64,000 nt of DNA, taken from positions 32,001-96,000 of IMG/VR virus record IMGVR_UViG_3300050821_002136; one strand, written 5' to 3'. The notes under the pieces were generated by a model. It did not search any database. It worked only from the letters and a program-made list of their open reading frames with translations, and was not told the origin of the DNA. Numbering within the stretch: the stretch's first letter is position 1; each line of letters opens with the position of its first letter. Below, piece by piece: positions 62,831-64,000 of the stretch. The DNA comes from a virus. Made by a program: the position numbers and the translations under genes.

Positions 62831-63920
62831 GTCCTGGTCTCCTGAGGGCTCTGCGTTCTACGGGTAGATTCTTGGCCATTTCCTCGTTGTATTTTTTGTA
62901 CTCCTCCAAGAGGTTTGCATCCTCCTTTAAGATTGTACGGTATTTAAATTCAAACAAAGACTTAATGTCCCAATCACGATCATATCCATGCACGATTGAG
63001 AACACTTTGCCCTTAGGTTTGTCTACACACTCTATTCCTTGTAGAGGGTGGGATAGAGACTCTATCCTTAGACGACGGTTCTTCCCCCAAATAGGGTTGA
63101 ACACAATCATGGAGTTGGTTATCTCTGGCACAGTACCTGCATGCAGTGTGCATGTGTTTATGTCCAACACAGGATGAGTGTCTCTCATGTAAGGCCAACA
63201 CGGTACACGCCAGGGGCTCCAACAAGGGTGCAAACAAGCTGCAAAGCCTTCAGACCACCTAGGAATGCGCAATACATCTTTTAGCATACTGTGCATCACA
63301 TAGTTAATCCAAATTTGACAGGGAGGGTGTCCCCCTGTGTACGTTTTACAACCGAGGTGGACTTGGTGAAAAACCTCAGTCATAGACTCTGCTTCTCCTG
63401 CCCAGGTACCTCCATTGATTACTTCACAGTCCTTTATTTCTTGATACTTCTTTGCTCCCAAAATGCTAATAGCCCACAATTGGTTAGTTTCTTCTTGCTC
63501 TATGGTAACGCACTCGGTTGATCCTATGAGCTTAGCATTACCTATACTATTCTCCATCCAATCGCTGGGGTTACTTTGTAGAATCAAGTCCTTAACGTCA
63601 AGCCAAAATATGTACCTGAATTCTTTGTAGTGATCCCTTAGGTATTCCCAACACACCCTCATGCGAGCGTGAAAAAAAGGCTCTTTAGGAGTAGGCAAAT
63701 CTATTAGTTCAAAACCGTGTAAAAGAAGTGCAGACCTAGTTGTTGGATGAATACCCCACACTAGCATAACTTTCCTGCCGGTAAATCCAGCACGCTTTAT
63801 GCTCTCTAGGTAAGATTCTACGCCTCCCGGTCGGCTGCGTTCCCACTGACTTCCTAAAACACCTAAAACCAAATCATGCGTCTTGTCCACTGAGTCTTCT
63901 TTCTGGCAATAAAGAGTCAT
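62766..63920 (-). CDS. Putative GT-A glycosyltransferase
   Basis: YL.S.KRAGF.G, WLDVKDLILQSNP, INGGTWAG, Q.WINY, IVHGYDR. Confidence 0.7.
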   Translation of the reverse strand: MTLYCQKEDSVDKTHDLVLGVLGSQWERSRPGGVESYLESIKRAGFTGRKVMLVWGIHPTTRSALLLHGFELIDLPTPKEPFFHARMRVCWEYLRDHYKEFRYIFWLDVKDLILQSNPSDWMENSIGNAKLIGSTECVTIEQEETNQLWAISILGAKKYQEIKDCEVINGGTWAGEAESMTEVFHQVHLGCKTYTGGHPPCQIWINYVMHSMLKDVLRIPRWSEGFAACLHPCWSPWRVPCWPYMRDTHPVLDINTCTLHAGTVPEITNSMIVFNPIWGKNRRLRIESLSHPLQGIECVDKPKGKVFSIVHGYDRDWDIKSLFEFKYRTILKEDANLLEEYKKYNEEMAKNLPVERRALRRPGRESAISSYQLPQPGRVFRRHT

Positions 63921-64000
63921 ACAGCTTCCAGCCCTCGTACTGCGGTGTAAAGCTCAACTCTTTCAACTTTGTCACATCCATGTAAAACGAAGCTACAGGC
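63917..64000 (-). CDS. Partial ORF (3' end only)
   Basis: Open frame ...FYMDVTKLKRVELYTAVRGLEAV* with ATGA overlap. Confidence 0.45.
   Translation of the reverse strand, partial: ACSFVLHGCDKVERVELYTAVRGLEAV

Noticed and set aside
1-64000. Stop-codon reassignment that would extend the tmRNA tag
   Set aside because: Long genes are intact in the standard code, and TAG, TGA and TAA all end well-coupled genes.

Overview
The window is a 64-kb segment of a large tailed dsDNA phage, probably with podovirus-like morphology. Host clues weakly suggest Acidobacteriota. It has two convergent arms. The + arm (1-30367) carries early and replication genes: SF2 helicase, HesB/IscA, ParB-like protein, PD-(D/E)XK exonuclease, putative SSB, primase-helicase, RNA ligase, RecA, HD nucleotidase, endolysin, a single-domain ClpB-type ATPase and many small ORFs. 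The - arm (30443-64000) carries a dNMP kinase, a T5 A1-like phosphoesterase/nuclease, two GIY-YIG/NUMOD3 endonucleases, fibres, three ejection-type proteins (one a 1850-aa multi-domain protein), a tail nozzle protein, a DUF3494 ice-binding-like protein and two glycosyltransferases. The arms meet at a long terminator hairpin. The main find lies outside the ORF track: a circularly permuted (two-piece) tmRNA gene at ~12026-12325. Its 3' acceptor piece with CCA comes first, then a self-pairing 68-nt intervening segment, then the 5' coding piece. The encoded tag, (A)ATEKPMVMAAAAGR, lacks the terminal AA degron. A 25-bp G.U-containing RNA hairpin lies just upstream. No terminase, portal, major capsid, DNA polymerase, integrase, SmpB, tRNA or CRISPR array was recognised. 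All family calls come from motif recognition by eye; no database search was run.
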